Assembly: GCA_964016885.1 (NCBI GenBank) | Contig: OZ024740.1 | Location: 155,000,001 to 155,064,000 of the forward strand | DNA from: Eledone cirrhosa | Taxonomy: Eukaryota | Direction: 5' to 3' | DNA: 64,000 nt | Program-made: the position numbers and the translations under genes | In this document: one piece after another, positions 52,656 to 64,000 of the stretch | How positions within the stretch are numbered: position 1 is the first letter of the stretch | How the letters are laid out: each line of letters opens with the position of its first letter | Notes under the pieces: model-generated | What the model saw: only the letters and a program-made list of their open reading frames with translations | Told to the model about the DNA's origin: nothing | Database searches by the model: none

Positions 52656-54809
52656 ATCAAAATAATGAAAGTTGTATTACCAAACCCTCCAAAATTCTTG
52701 ATTATTTTCAAATATTTTTGAAATACATAGGCAATGTCTTTCATTAGAATTATAACAAAATAGTTAAAACTAACAAATACTTTTTGTATCTTATAAAAAC
52801 GTTTCAGTCTTCTATATTGTAGAAGCATCAGTAAGATTCTGTTAAAAGAAACAAAAATTCTGAAATTTTTTATGGGCAAATACTACTGTATGTGTAACCT
52901 AACTTTTCACCAATATATTTACTATCAACAACTAAAATGTTATGTTTTATTTCTCCTAGTGTAGCTGCTTACCTAAGAAACAATATAAATGGCATCAACA
53001 GCAAATATTGCAGTGACTTTGAAATGTTATAGATTGCTATAAAAACTCCATCCAATGTTTAGCCCAAAGCTGTTTCATTCCTTATTGAAAAGAAAGTTTC
53101 ACATGTATATTTACGAAAAAAAATATACCGAGGCAGTGAATTGGCAGAAGCATTAGAATATCGGATAAAATGCTCTGTGGTATTTACTTTTGATCATTGT
53201 ATTCAGAGTTCAAATCCTGCTAAGCTCTTCCCAAAGTACCATGCAGTGACAACCAAATGGTTGCAAAGCAAACTTCTTAACCATACAACCATGCACTGAA
53301 ACCCAACCACAATGCCCTGTCCTTCCTAACATAAAATCTGTTGGCTGTATATTTTATAAACAACACAAATCTTTCTTTAAATATTCAACCAAGATCCTTT
53401 GCTACAAAAAGTCTCTTTTCCAATTTTTTCTTTTAAATTCTGCTGATTTGATATTTAAAATATTTAAAGTCACACTGCTCTGTAGGTAGTGGTTCTATGA
53501 TATAGGAAAATTGTCATCATCATGTCATATGTTGCATTTTTACAAAAGCATGATTCAGCAAACAATTGAATACACCCCACTTCTTCTAGATGTATATTCA
53601 ACACCTCTGCATATTGCACCCTCACTATTGATATAATAGCTCTTATGTGTCATTTATATGTATTTCACATTGAAGCTTAAGTACTGACAACTATAGCACT
53701 GAGAGCTTGCTCTGGAGTCAACAAGTATGAGAGAAGGAGAGAGAGGAGGAAGAGAGAAAAAGGGGAAAATAGCCATGTACAAATAGTTTAAATTAATAAA
53801 CACTTTAACATACATTTAAAAGTGAAGAGGGATTTTACACTTCTTAGTAATTACATTTATTTTCCTCTCTACCATGCCAATATGAGCATAATGGTTTTCA
53901 TTAAAAACAATCTTTTATAGCTTGATTAGTGGGAAGCTGCAGTCAATATACAATTTATCACACATGTGAGATAGAAATGTCTATCCTTTGACCGAACCTA
54001 AGACCAATTTTGTGGTAAATTACAGTAAATTGAATTGTTCAAGTATTCCATCAAATTATTATAACTTTAATTGATCTTGGGATCAAGGAAGGGTGTGTGT
54101 GCATTTGAACACAGAATACAGAAATGTTAAATATTGGAAATCTCTGGGGATTGGAAATAATGGAAATCTCAGAGGACTGCATTATCTAATGTGCCCCTTC
54201 CACAGTAGGTATAATCTGAGGGAAATTTAGCTGTTATTTTTAGCATATTCAGTGACCACCAAGGCTCCCTCACTAGTTAGGAAATGGTTTACTCTATTAC
54301 TGTATATGAATTACTATCAGAGATTCATTTATGCCACTAGCCTAACTGAAGGTGACCTAGTTAGTTTGAACATCTAAGATTAATTCCCAACCAATATCAT
54401 CACTATTATATTCTCTTCTGTATTGATTTATAAGGCAGAATTTATTTATTAGAGATGATAATAATAAAAACCAAGAAACAATTCTAGGTAGTAAAGGTAA
54501 TTCTAAGTAGAGGTTCCTGAGAGCAAAAATTCATGTTTCATTAACAATAATGCCAATGTTGGCATATAAGTAGACAGTTTCTTGGCACTTTGTTCAATCT
54601 ATATCAAGTGTAGAGTGTGTGTATAATCAATCTGATCCAATAAAGAAATAATGAATATGATTCTTTTACATCAACATTGGTCTCTGTAATGTTTTATCAG
54701 ACTAATTCACTTTCAAACTAAATTTGATGGTTGCTTATGGTTTTTTGCACACTGAAAGATTTGCATACTTTCATGGAGTAAAAGATGTTCTTTATTATAA
54801 GTAAGTATG

Positions 54810-54841
<32 letters not shown>

Positions 54842-54873
54842 AGAAACAGAACTAGATGTGATATATTAGTGTA

Positions 54874-54904
<31 letters not shown>

Positions 54905-56537
54905 AAAGTTCTGTAATAGACTTCAAAAGTTAAATCTAATGAATCACAGGTACAGGTATGACTTTACTTAATAAGTTTACTTCACACTCAATGTCCAATT
55001 ATTACATGACACCATCAAGAAGAGTCTTGACTAATCTATAAGAAGGATTTTTTAAATATGAAAACTATTTTGCTCAGTATGGAATAAATAATGATTTCTA
55101 GCACAGGGAAAATGCTGCAGATTTGGGTGAGTTAGGCTGGACAACTGATTAAATCAACTCCAGTATTTTTTTTATTGATCCAAGGACAAATGGCAAATCT
55201 AATATAAGCTCCATTTGCACACACAACATAAAGAGCTGGAATAAATGCCACAAGGCATTTTATATAATGCTCTAACAATTCTGTTAATCTATACCCTTTG
55301 GCACAAGGAAAATAATCAATGTAAAAAAAAATGCTAAGGTGTGTTAAAATACTTTTCCAGATTTAAATGTATGTTGAATTGGTCCCTATTAACTTAAGCA
55401 TGATTAACCAAAGGCTTGTGAGCAAGTACTTGTTGTTGAATGGTTGACATGATTAAAAAATATGCTGCTTGATGCTACAGCTAAGGTATTGCACGAAAAG
55501 GGGGGAATGTGTTCACCTTTAGTAAAGGAACACAAAATTTCCTCTGACCTCATTTTCCTAGGCATTAATCGATTGAGAGTACATGACTCTCCTATGAACA
55601 GAACACATGTCCATCACAGGGTTAAATCCCTAATTACTGTTGGTACTCATATTCAGCTGAGTATAATGGAACAATGTGAAATGAAGTGTTTTGCTTCAGA
55701 ACCCAACATACAACCCAGTCCAGGAATCTAATCCACAGCATTATGATCATAAGTCCAACACCCTAACCACTAGGCCATGTGCCTTCACTCTTACATCTCA
55801 TGCTTATTAATTAAGCAGAGACCAAAAGTTTGGAGAGGGAGAATAGTTGATTATATTAATCTCAGTACTTGACTGGTACTTTATTTTATCAACCCCAGAA
55901 GGACAAATGGTGAAGTTGAAATCAAATGAGCACAGCAATAATTATTGATCTATACAATATCAGATAATTATTATCCACTAGAGCATGGGACAAATGCATT
56001 TGTTATGGCTCTTTATGTTCTTAGTCCAAATCCTGCCGAAGTCAACTTTGTCTTTCATCCTTCCAAGGTTGATAAAGTAAAATACCAGTTGAGTAATAGG
56101 GTTGATTTAATCGACTTTCCCCTTCTTCTAAATCTAATGTTATTAGATGCTCAAAATGGGGGGAGGGGTGTTGCCAAATGCAACAGGCGTTAGAAACTGA
56201 AGAAGACAAATATGAAAATGATTGTTATTTTGTGAGTATTTAAATTAGTATTGCAGTATTTGTTCTGCTCTCTATCCTCTGAGTTAAAACCTCAAAATCA
56301 ACTTTTCATCTTTTTGGGGAGTCCATAAATAAAGGTCCAGTCCAGAGCTGTGGATTGGAAAAATCGTCAGACCATCTGAATTTTTTGGGCTCTGTGCATT
56401 CTGTGTTCAAATCCCACCTCCCATCACTGGAGAATTGTGATAATGATAACACTGGAACCCCATATTAAATCATCCCAAAAATTGCCCACGGGTTTGTGTT
56501 CATATTTACTGTTTGTTTATTGTCCTGTAATTTAATA

Positions 56538-56688
56538 ATTGTTTCTACTTTTGGCACAAGGCCAGCAATTACCCAGTACATTACTGGTACTTTATTTTAT
56601 CGACCTGGCAAGGATGAAAGGCAAAGTTAACCTCGGCGGGAATTGAACTCAGACCGTAAAGGGACGTAACTATGCTGGAAAGCATGGC
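56538..56688 (-). mobile_element. SINE family B
   Basis: Close match to 22090-22273. Confidence 0.82.
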
Positions 56689-58193
56689 TTAATAATACAA
56701 GAAAAGCATGATAAAATAAATGCCAGACTGCAGTCTAATGGACTAACCAGTAAAATAATTAATGACATGAGATAAAAGCAAGGATTTTATTTTAGCTTGC
56801 AAGATTGAATGGTTGTTTCCTACAAGGTCAAATCAAGATACCAACAAATGTAAATAGTTAAGTAATAATATACTGTATGAAGTAGTATGCTAGTGTAGGA
56901 AAACCGAGTTAGCATTGGTTATAGACGTAATTTGTGATTTTGAGTTAAATTGCATCACGTGGCACCTTGAACAAGGGTCTTCTAGTATAACCTTGAGCTG
57001 ACCAATGTTTTGTCAATGGCTCAATGTTCAAAGATTAGGACCAAACTTTACAAAAATAAATAAATAAAATAATATAAGGACTGGCATTCATCTAGCCAGA
57101 ATGGAAAATCCCGAATGTGAAAACAAAAGTATGACAATGACATTGCGACTGAATCCAAAAAAGAGATGAAGAAAGTGAGGGGGAATGTCTTCAAATATGT
57201 CAATGAAAGACGGAAGTATGTAGAAGAAAAATCCAGAATAATTTTGCTTTTATGAAAAACACTACTAAAAGAAAATCCTATCAAATGTATTCGGGGGAGA
57301 AAAAAAAAAAAAAGGATTTCATGGTTTGAAAAACAGAAAAAGAGAGTAAAAAAAAGACATATTTTCCAATTGCAGGAAAAATAAAATCAAAAGATAAAAT
57401 ATATTAGTTAATTGATGTTGTACATCCTTTCTAAAGGACTTTGAGTGTGTTAAAAAAATAATAAAAACAAAGCAAAACCAAAACAAACTACTTTGGTGGA
57501 TAGAAACAAGATGCTACAAGAAGATAAGTAGAAGTAAAATGACATGGGTAGACATCTTTATGTAATAGGCACTTATGTATATAGGAAAGCAGTTGTAAAC
57601 TAGGAGTGTGTAATGGTATAAAAAGAAAAAAAAATTACTTGAAGAATATGAGTAAAACACAAACAGCTTTGTTTAACCCTTTTGAGACCAACCTATTTCC
57701 AGTTCTATGATACAAAACAACAACAACACAAGTGCTTTGTGGCCATTTCTTACATAAGCAGAGATTAACTTTGTAGGATCCATGATAGACACCATACTCA
57801 TCATGGGGCCATCTTTGAGGCCAGGATTTACAGCTGAATGCCCTTCCTAGTACCAACAATTTTAGCTGGTACTTACAACGTGCAGAGATACCGTTATAGA
57901 TTTTAAACCAGATACAGGTGGAGAAAAATTTTAATTGAAGGATATATGAGTAAGACACATGCATCTGTTTTGAGACCAACCCATTTTCAGTTCTATGATA
58001 CAAAACTGATCAGAATTTTATGTAACAACGGTTTATGCTAAGATGTTTCAAACAACAATGTAATATGCCACTGACAAACCTTTCGAGGGAACTTCTGAAC
58101 CAGTGCTTTCCAAACTTTTCACACTGTTAACATACTTTATAAAAATATAATTTTTCCTTTTAACACAAAGTGTATTAAATTAATAAATAAATA

Positions 58194-58315
58194 ATTGTTT
58201 CTACTTTAGGCACAAGGCCAGCAAATACCCAGCGCATTACCGGTACTTTATTTTATAGACCCCGTAAGGATGAAAGGCAAAGTCAACCTCGGCAGGATTT
58301 GAACTCGGATCGTAA
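58194..58315 (-). mobile_element. SINE family B (truncated)
   Basis: Close match to 22090-22210. Confidence 0.8.
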
Positions 58316-59289
58316 TGAAATATCATATTACAGGTTACCACTCATGTGTGTAATTAATTGTACAGGGAGTTGAGAGATTTTAAATATATACTCCAAAGTC
58401 AAATAATTGTAAAAGTTGATCAGATTTCACATAATTGTGCAACACATGCTGACATTATTGGTGACATACAGTTTCCATACCTTGGTTCCACAAAGTCACT
58501 CAACCTACTCACCCTCAAATTACACATGACCATCACAACCTTCTTGTGAAAGCATTGCTAATGAAATATACTCTATTTCAATTATTTAATGAAGACATTT
58601 GAGGGATTTACTGAAATTATCAATAATTTTATTACTTAGCTAATATCTTTACATTGATCTATATATAAGCTTTGGAAGATTTTAATCTAAATAGGAACCC
58701 TTTACAATGAGTGTTTTTTGTTTGTTTCATAGGACCAGAGTTAGTTTTGGCCAGGTTGGTATCAAAAGGGTTAATAATGTGAAAGAACACATTGGGCATT
58801 GTCTAAATAGATACACTACGCTTCAAAATTAAGACGAGGTGATCTTTTATTATAGTACACAGTCCGTGCTCAACAACAACCAATACATGAAAAGCAAAAT
58901 AAAAATTAATTTACTATTCCTTCCAAATTCTTGATTATTTTCAAACTTAAGTGAAATTAGGCAGTGTATTTAATTTAGAAATAACCACAAAATAGTTAAA
59001 CCACTCTACTTCGAAGAAACAATATTAAATAGGATACATGAATAAGGTATTCAGTTTTCAGTTTAGCACATTCTAAATAGCCCAACTGGATAAGAGCAAG
59101 CCAACAAAGGTTAAAAGCATGAGAATATGATATTTAATGAATGTCAAGAGATAGACCTACATAACAGTGTATCTAGGGATACGTTCAGCTACTTTGTAGA
59201 TGTTCTCTCTGGTAAGCTGTTGTAGCCAACTATTTAAGCAGAACCATGAGGGGGGAGAAGGTGAGGGGAGAAAGCAAGTGTGTGTGTAT

Positions 59290-59337
59290 GAGAGAGAGAG
59301 AGAGAGTGAGAGAGAGAGAGAGTGAGAGAGAGAGAGA

Positions 59338-59376
<39 letters not shown>
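59290..59376. repeat. (GA)n microsatellite
   Basis: Directly visible. Confidence 0.97.
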
Positions 59377-59378
<2 letters not shown>

Positions 59379-60638
59379 ACAGGATAGATTTTGGGGTTTG
59401 TGAAGCAATCTACATTCAAGTTATAGTGTTTCCTCATCGAAGAAAGTGAGGGAGATGATTTATGAAACAGAGAAGGTTGAGGGAAGGTAAAGGAAAGAGA
59501 GAAAGAGTGGCAGACAGAATGAATGAATGTAAGGTGAGCAACTGCAAATGATTCACATTAAAAATAACCTGTGATGATTATAGAGAAATGTATTGAATAA
59601 CTAGTAAAAAATAGCATTCAAACAAGCAATACGAATATTTTGATATGTAAAAGGCACCACCATCAACATCATCAATTTACTAGATATAGCAACCAAATCA
59701 CTTTCAAAACAAATCCACCATTTTACTCGTAAATAAGAACACATTAGATATGTGACCCTTGATACATTATATCAATATGGCTGCAATGTCTTTGATCTTA
59801 GGTGTGTTAATAGTCGATCCTCTATGCAGTCATTGAATCTGCTAGAAATAGCAATGGAATTTCTCTCAAACTACATCCTACAATTTGAAAAAAAGAGAAA
59901 GGAGTGATATATTGTATACAGTACTTGTAGATAGACTAAAAGGTTGAGTGGTCTTGACTGGAATGCTTTTTATCATGTGTCTGTACAAACTAGGGTTAGA
60001 CAACAACAACCACAACCAACACTAATCCCATATGTGGTCGATTGACTAGCTAGAAATAACAATAAAATCTCCCCAAAACCACATCTGAAAAGAAAGGACA
60101 TATTGGATAATCTATATTTGGATATACTGCTAAAAAGATTGGGTGGTCATAGCTTACCTGTGGTTAAACAACAACTGCAACAACTACCAATAACTGACCC
60201 ACATCCTCTAGAGTTCTTATTAAATACACCTGCATATGTATGTGTGTGTATGCATACACACAGGCATATACAAGCTATTATATGTCAGTTGCTTTGTTTC
60301 ATGTCTTAGTGGTTTGAGAAACAGAGATCGATAAAATTACCAGACTGAAATATGGAATGGGGTTGATATGATTTAACTGACTAAACCCTTTTATGTAGTG
60401 CTTCAGCATAATGAAATTTAATGGCAACTAGTAAGAGAATACATACACTGATATTCTATATATATATATATATCCTTCTTTAAGTCCTAAATTCTTGATG
60501 GTGATGAAGAGGTGCCATTATAATATATGGCATACCTTGGGCATTTTAAAGCTAGCAGAGTACATCCATCTCCAGTCTACAGCTGATTTCATCCAGACAA
60601 GAAAGAGAGAAAGAATGACATAAGGAGAGAAGGAGGAT

Positions 60639-60670
<32 letters not shown>

Positions 60671-61235
60671 GATAAGTATGTTTTAATAATACATATATGT
60701 ATAAATTAACAGTTCCATTGATTCCGAGATAGCTAAATAGAGATTCTTTACGTAACAAGAAAGTTTTAAAAGGAAGGACATACTCTAAATGGCTCCAAAA
60801 CCACTACAGATTTTGGCTACATGACGACTACAACTGGAGATGGTGGTCTTGGGCACTTGGGCAAAACTAATTAGATTGTCAAGATATCAGAATTTATCAA
60901 ATAAATCATTACAGCAGCTTTATAAACTCTTAAATGGACTATCTGTTGTATCAATGTACAGAGAAGTGTTGATTTGTTGTCAGTCTACTGTATAAAAGGC
61001 TAGGAGATGGATATACATATATGTATGTATTTATGCTCCATTCATTTATCACACTGTCCATGTAATCAGTGTATAGCCCATGCCAAGCAAATCTGTTTTT
61101 GATATATTGAATAGAATAATTGGTTGCTGTTGCTACCATTGCCCCCTTGTTGAACATATTTCCGAGGTAGTCAGAAGACTAGTGGTGTGTGACACATAGA
61201 TCAATGGTTTCATATATATAACATTCTTCAACTAA

Positions 61236-61240
<5 letters not shown>

Positions 61241-61286
<46 letters not shown>
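61241..61286. repeat. (TA)n microsatellite
   Basis: Directly visible. Confidence 0.97.
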
Positions 61287-61290
<4 letters not shown>

Positions 61291-62470
61291 CTCGCGAGTC
61301 AGTTCTTTCGTTGCTACAGTCCCCGCGGCTGAATTACTGGTCGCTATCTTCAATTTGCAAAGCCCTTTAAACTGTATGTTATTACTCTAAGGCTTTATCG
61401 AGTACTTGGCTGCACTTCTGAATGCATTCGTCGGCTTAGCTACGGCTTGAACTTCGAATATGCTGTACGTTCATTTATTTATATATATATATATATAAAA
61501 TAAAATAGAATTGAAAGGGCATTTAGTAATGGTCTGTGTTGCCCCACTCCATGCCAAATAATAAATAAAATTATTAAAATACAGTTTGTGTTGTGAAGAG
61601 AGGTGGTTTTAGATGATTTAGACAGAACTATGCTTTGAAGGCATTGACTAACACTGGTTTCCTCAAAATCCTGTTGTCTTTTGCCATGCTTCCTGTTACT
61701 GGAAGACTTTGACATGACATGCAATGGTTTGTCATTTGAGGTGCTCTATGACAGTCTGGGCATCATGAATTTTTATTAGCCCTACTATCCTTTTTGTAAA
61801 CCAGTTGCTGCAGTAACCAGCATAGTTCTCCCCAGTCAAACCTATCGTCTAAAGCATTCAACCTGTGACAATTCCATTCCATCATCTTTATTTCAGGCAG
61901 CGTATCATATCTAAGACAATATTATCCAACATATCCTTCATTATTTTAAGATGGTAGGACATTGTTTGAAGGAAATTTGGCTGCCATTTGTATAAGATCA
62001 AACAGTCACATAGGGCTCCCTTGTCGACCAGATACATGTATATTAGTAGGTTGTGATAATGGCCACAGCAAAAGTTGGTATTTATGAACTGCATATAATG
62101 TGATAGCTGTTGCTGTTTGGGCTAATACACATCGGTATTGTTTTCAAGTCCACTTTCCCATACTGACATGGGCTAAATCAAATCTTTTTTAAGGCAGTTT
62201 TTCTTTTATCAGATGCAAAAGAGAGGCTGAAAATGGAGTTAGTTAGGGCAAAAATACAAATGGCATGAAAATGTGTGGTGGTTGTAGGGGACTGCCACTC
62301 AGTTGTGTAAAGTTATTTAGCATGTGTTCAAGCATAGCATTAATTTGGAGAAGTTTGTATTTATATATATAGAAGCACAACACATATACATACAGATATA
62401 TATGTGTATATGTGCCCTACCCATGGACGATGGACATTAAACGATGATATATATATATATAAACGACGAC

Positions 62471-62501
<31 letters not shown>

Positions 62502-62514
62502 ATTATATATATAA

Positions 62515-62755
62515 ACTTCCCATGTAGCAGCTGTGCTGAGACAGCAAGCAGCAGACAGCCACAGGAAACAAGTACCACCAAACTCTGGGAGGACTCTGTA
62601 GAAACACTAGACAGCTTCTGCTACCTAGGTGACCGAATTAGCAGCGGAGGTGGGTGTTCAGAAAGTACAATAACTAGGGTAAGAACGGGATGGAAGAAGT
62701 TCAGGGAGCTACTGCCACTGCTAGCTGCAAAAGGCTTTTCCCTCAAAATGAAAGC
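62515..62755 (+). mobile_element. Internal fragment of RTE subfamily 3
   Basis: [38 protein letters not shown]; matches 46055-46295. Confidence 0.9.
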
Positions 62756-63112
62756 AACTGGTGCGTGTGTTTCTTATTGGCAACATGACCCTCCCAAAGT
62801 TTAACAATAGAGAGAGAGAGAGAGAGAGATAATGGAACAAAAACAAAATTAATCTAGTTCAGGTTGACAAAAAGGAAGAAACTATGTATCTTTACGTACA
62901 AACAAAATATTAACCAATATTGACATAAAATTATATATTTATATATACATCAATAGATATATGTATGTGTATGCATTAGGGTTGCACTGATTGGTCAGCA
63001 GATAATTGGTATCGACCACATTGGTCATTTTGATGATTAATTGGTATCGGCTTGTTTGCCAAATAATTTTGTTAATTGCCCATTATTTTTTTTCTTAAAT
63101 TATTATTGATAG

Positions 63113-63332
63113 GCAAAGGCTGGTGGATTGACAGAATCGGGAGAGTGTCAGACAACATACTTCGTGGCCTAGAGTTATGGTACTTTACGTTCTGATTTCA
63201 AATCCCGCTGAGGTTAGCTTTGCCTTTCATCCTTACGAGGTTGATAAAATAAAGTAGCGGTAATACTCTGGGGTCAATTTAATCGACTTTCCCTTTCCCC
63301 AAAATTACTGCCCTTGTGCCTAAAGTAGAAAC
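63113..63332 (+). mobile_element. Full-length SINE family B with 15-bp TSD
   Basis: TSD aattattattgatag at 63098-63112 and 63333-63347. Confidence 0.88.
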
Positions 63333-64000
63333 AATTATTATTGATAGTCATGTATGCTGGAGCAAAAAGAACGTGGGTGACAGAGAAATCCAGAAACATG
63401 TTGGATTCAACATAAGGAATATATATATTATTTCCTATGATATACAATCTTAGCCCACCAGTGTAATGTAACTCTATTCCTAGTGCTCAAACGCACTGAT
63501 CTACCTAACTAGAATGTAGGTTAAAGGGTGACCCTCCTACATGACAAAGAGGATGTGTGCTTAGTTGATCTTTTAAAATGAAATTATTTTAAAATTATAA
63601 AGATTCTGATTACATATTTATTTAAAAGTATTCAAAAACACAACACCCACTTCCCTTCAAGAAAAGCTTGATCAATCAACAGCGTCCTTACTAACCAGAA
63701 TTGCACCAGTCTTGGAGATCCAGCTTAGTGAATCCACTATACCAATCAGCTTTGTTACAAACCATGATGTCATGACTCACAAGTACAGGAAAATGAACAG
63801 GTTAAATTTAGATAGTTATTAACATATTTGTTGTTAGCTATGCTAAGTGTAGCCTTCTATGCATATTTAGTTGATTGTATTTCTGGCTTTATGTCAATAT
63901 AACTACTCAGACTACACATTGTGTTATGGTTGCACAATAATTAAACAAAACAGAAACTTATATGTAGGTAGAGAATGTGGGAACTGTTGTGTACAGAAGG

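Noticed and set aside
60528-60600. Candidate AEBP2 zinc-finger exon (pyrimidine tract, cag...aag|gtatg on minus)
   Set aside because: No frame gives a C2H2 pattern and two frames contain stops.
61479-61724. 81-aa minus-strand ORF as an AEBP2 exon
   Set aside because: No similarity I recognise; it runs into a TA repeat and has no supported splice pair.

Overview
AT-rich, repeat-dense eukaryotic DNA; the microsatellite and repeat landscape resembles a cephalopod (octopus-like) genome, which is an inference. One host gene is supported: the last three coding exons of a minus-strand AEBP2/jing orthologue (PRC2 accessory subunit) at 36774-36898, 32110-32177 and 19095-19242. They join in frame through canonical GT-AG sites and are probably followed by a long U-rich 3'UTR. 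I could not locate the upstream zinc-finger exons. The rest is mostly mobile DNA: at least three RTE LINE subfamilies whose ORF has a C4HC3 PHD-type finger inside the RT region, a CR1 3' fragment, a degraded R4/Dong-type element, two tRNA-derived SINE families, two TTAA (piggyBac-type) MITE families, Tc1/mariner and hAT MITEs, and microsatellites. The most notable observations are the PHD-bearing RTEs, a SINE with a mosaic tail matching two LINE subfamilies, covarying hairpin modules in RTE 3' ends, intronic inverted repeats that could form dsRNA, and a palindrome with a hammerhead-like core. No clearly new multi-gene system is evident. Everything was read by eye, so repeat boundaries are approximate.
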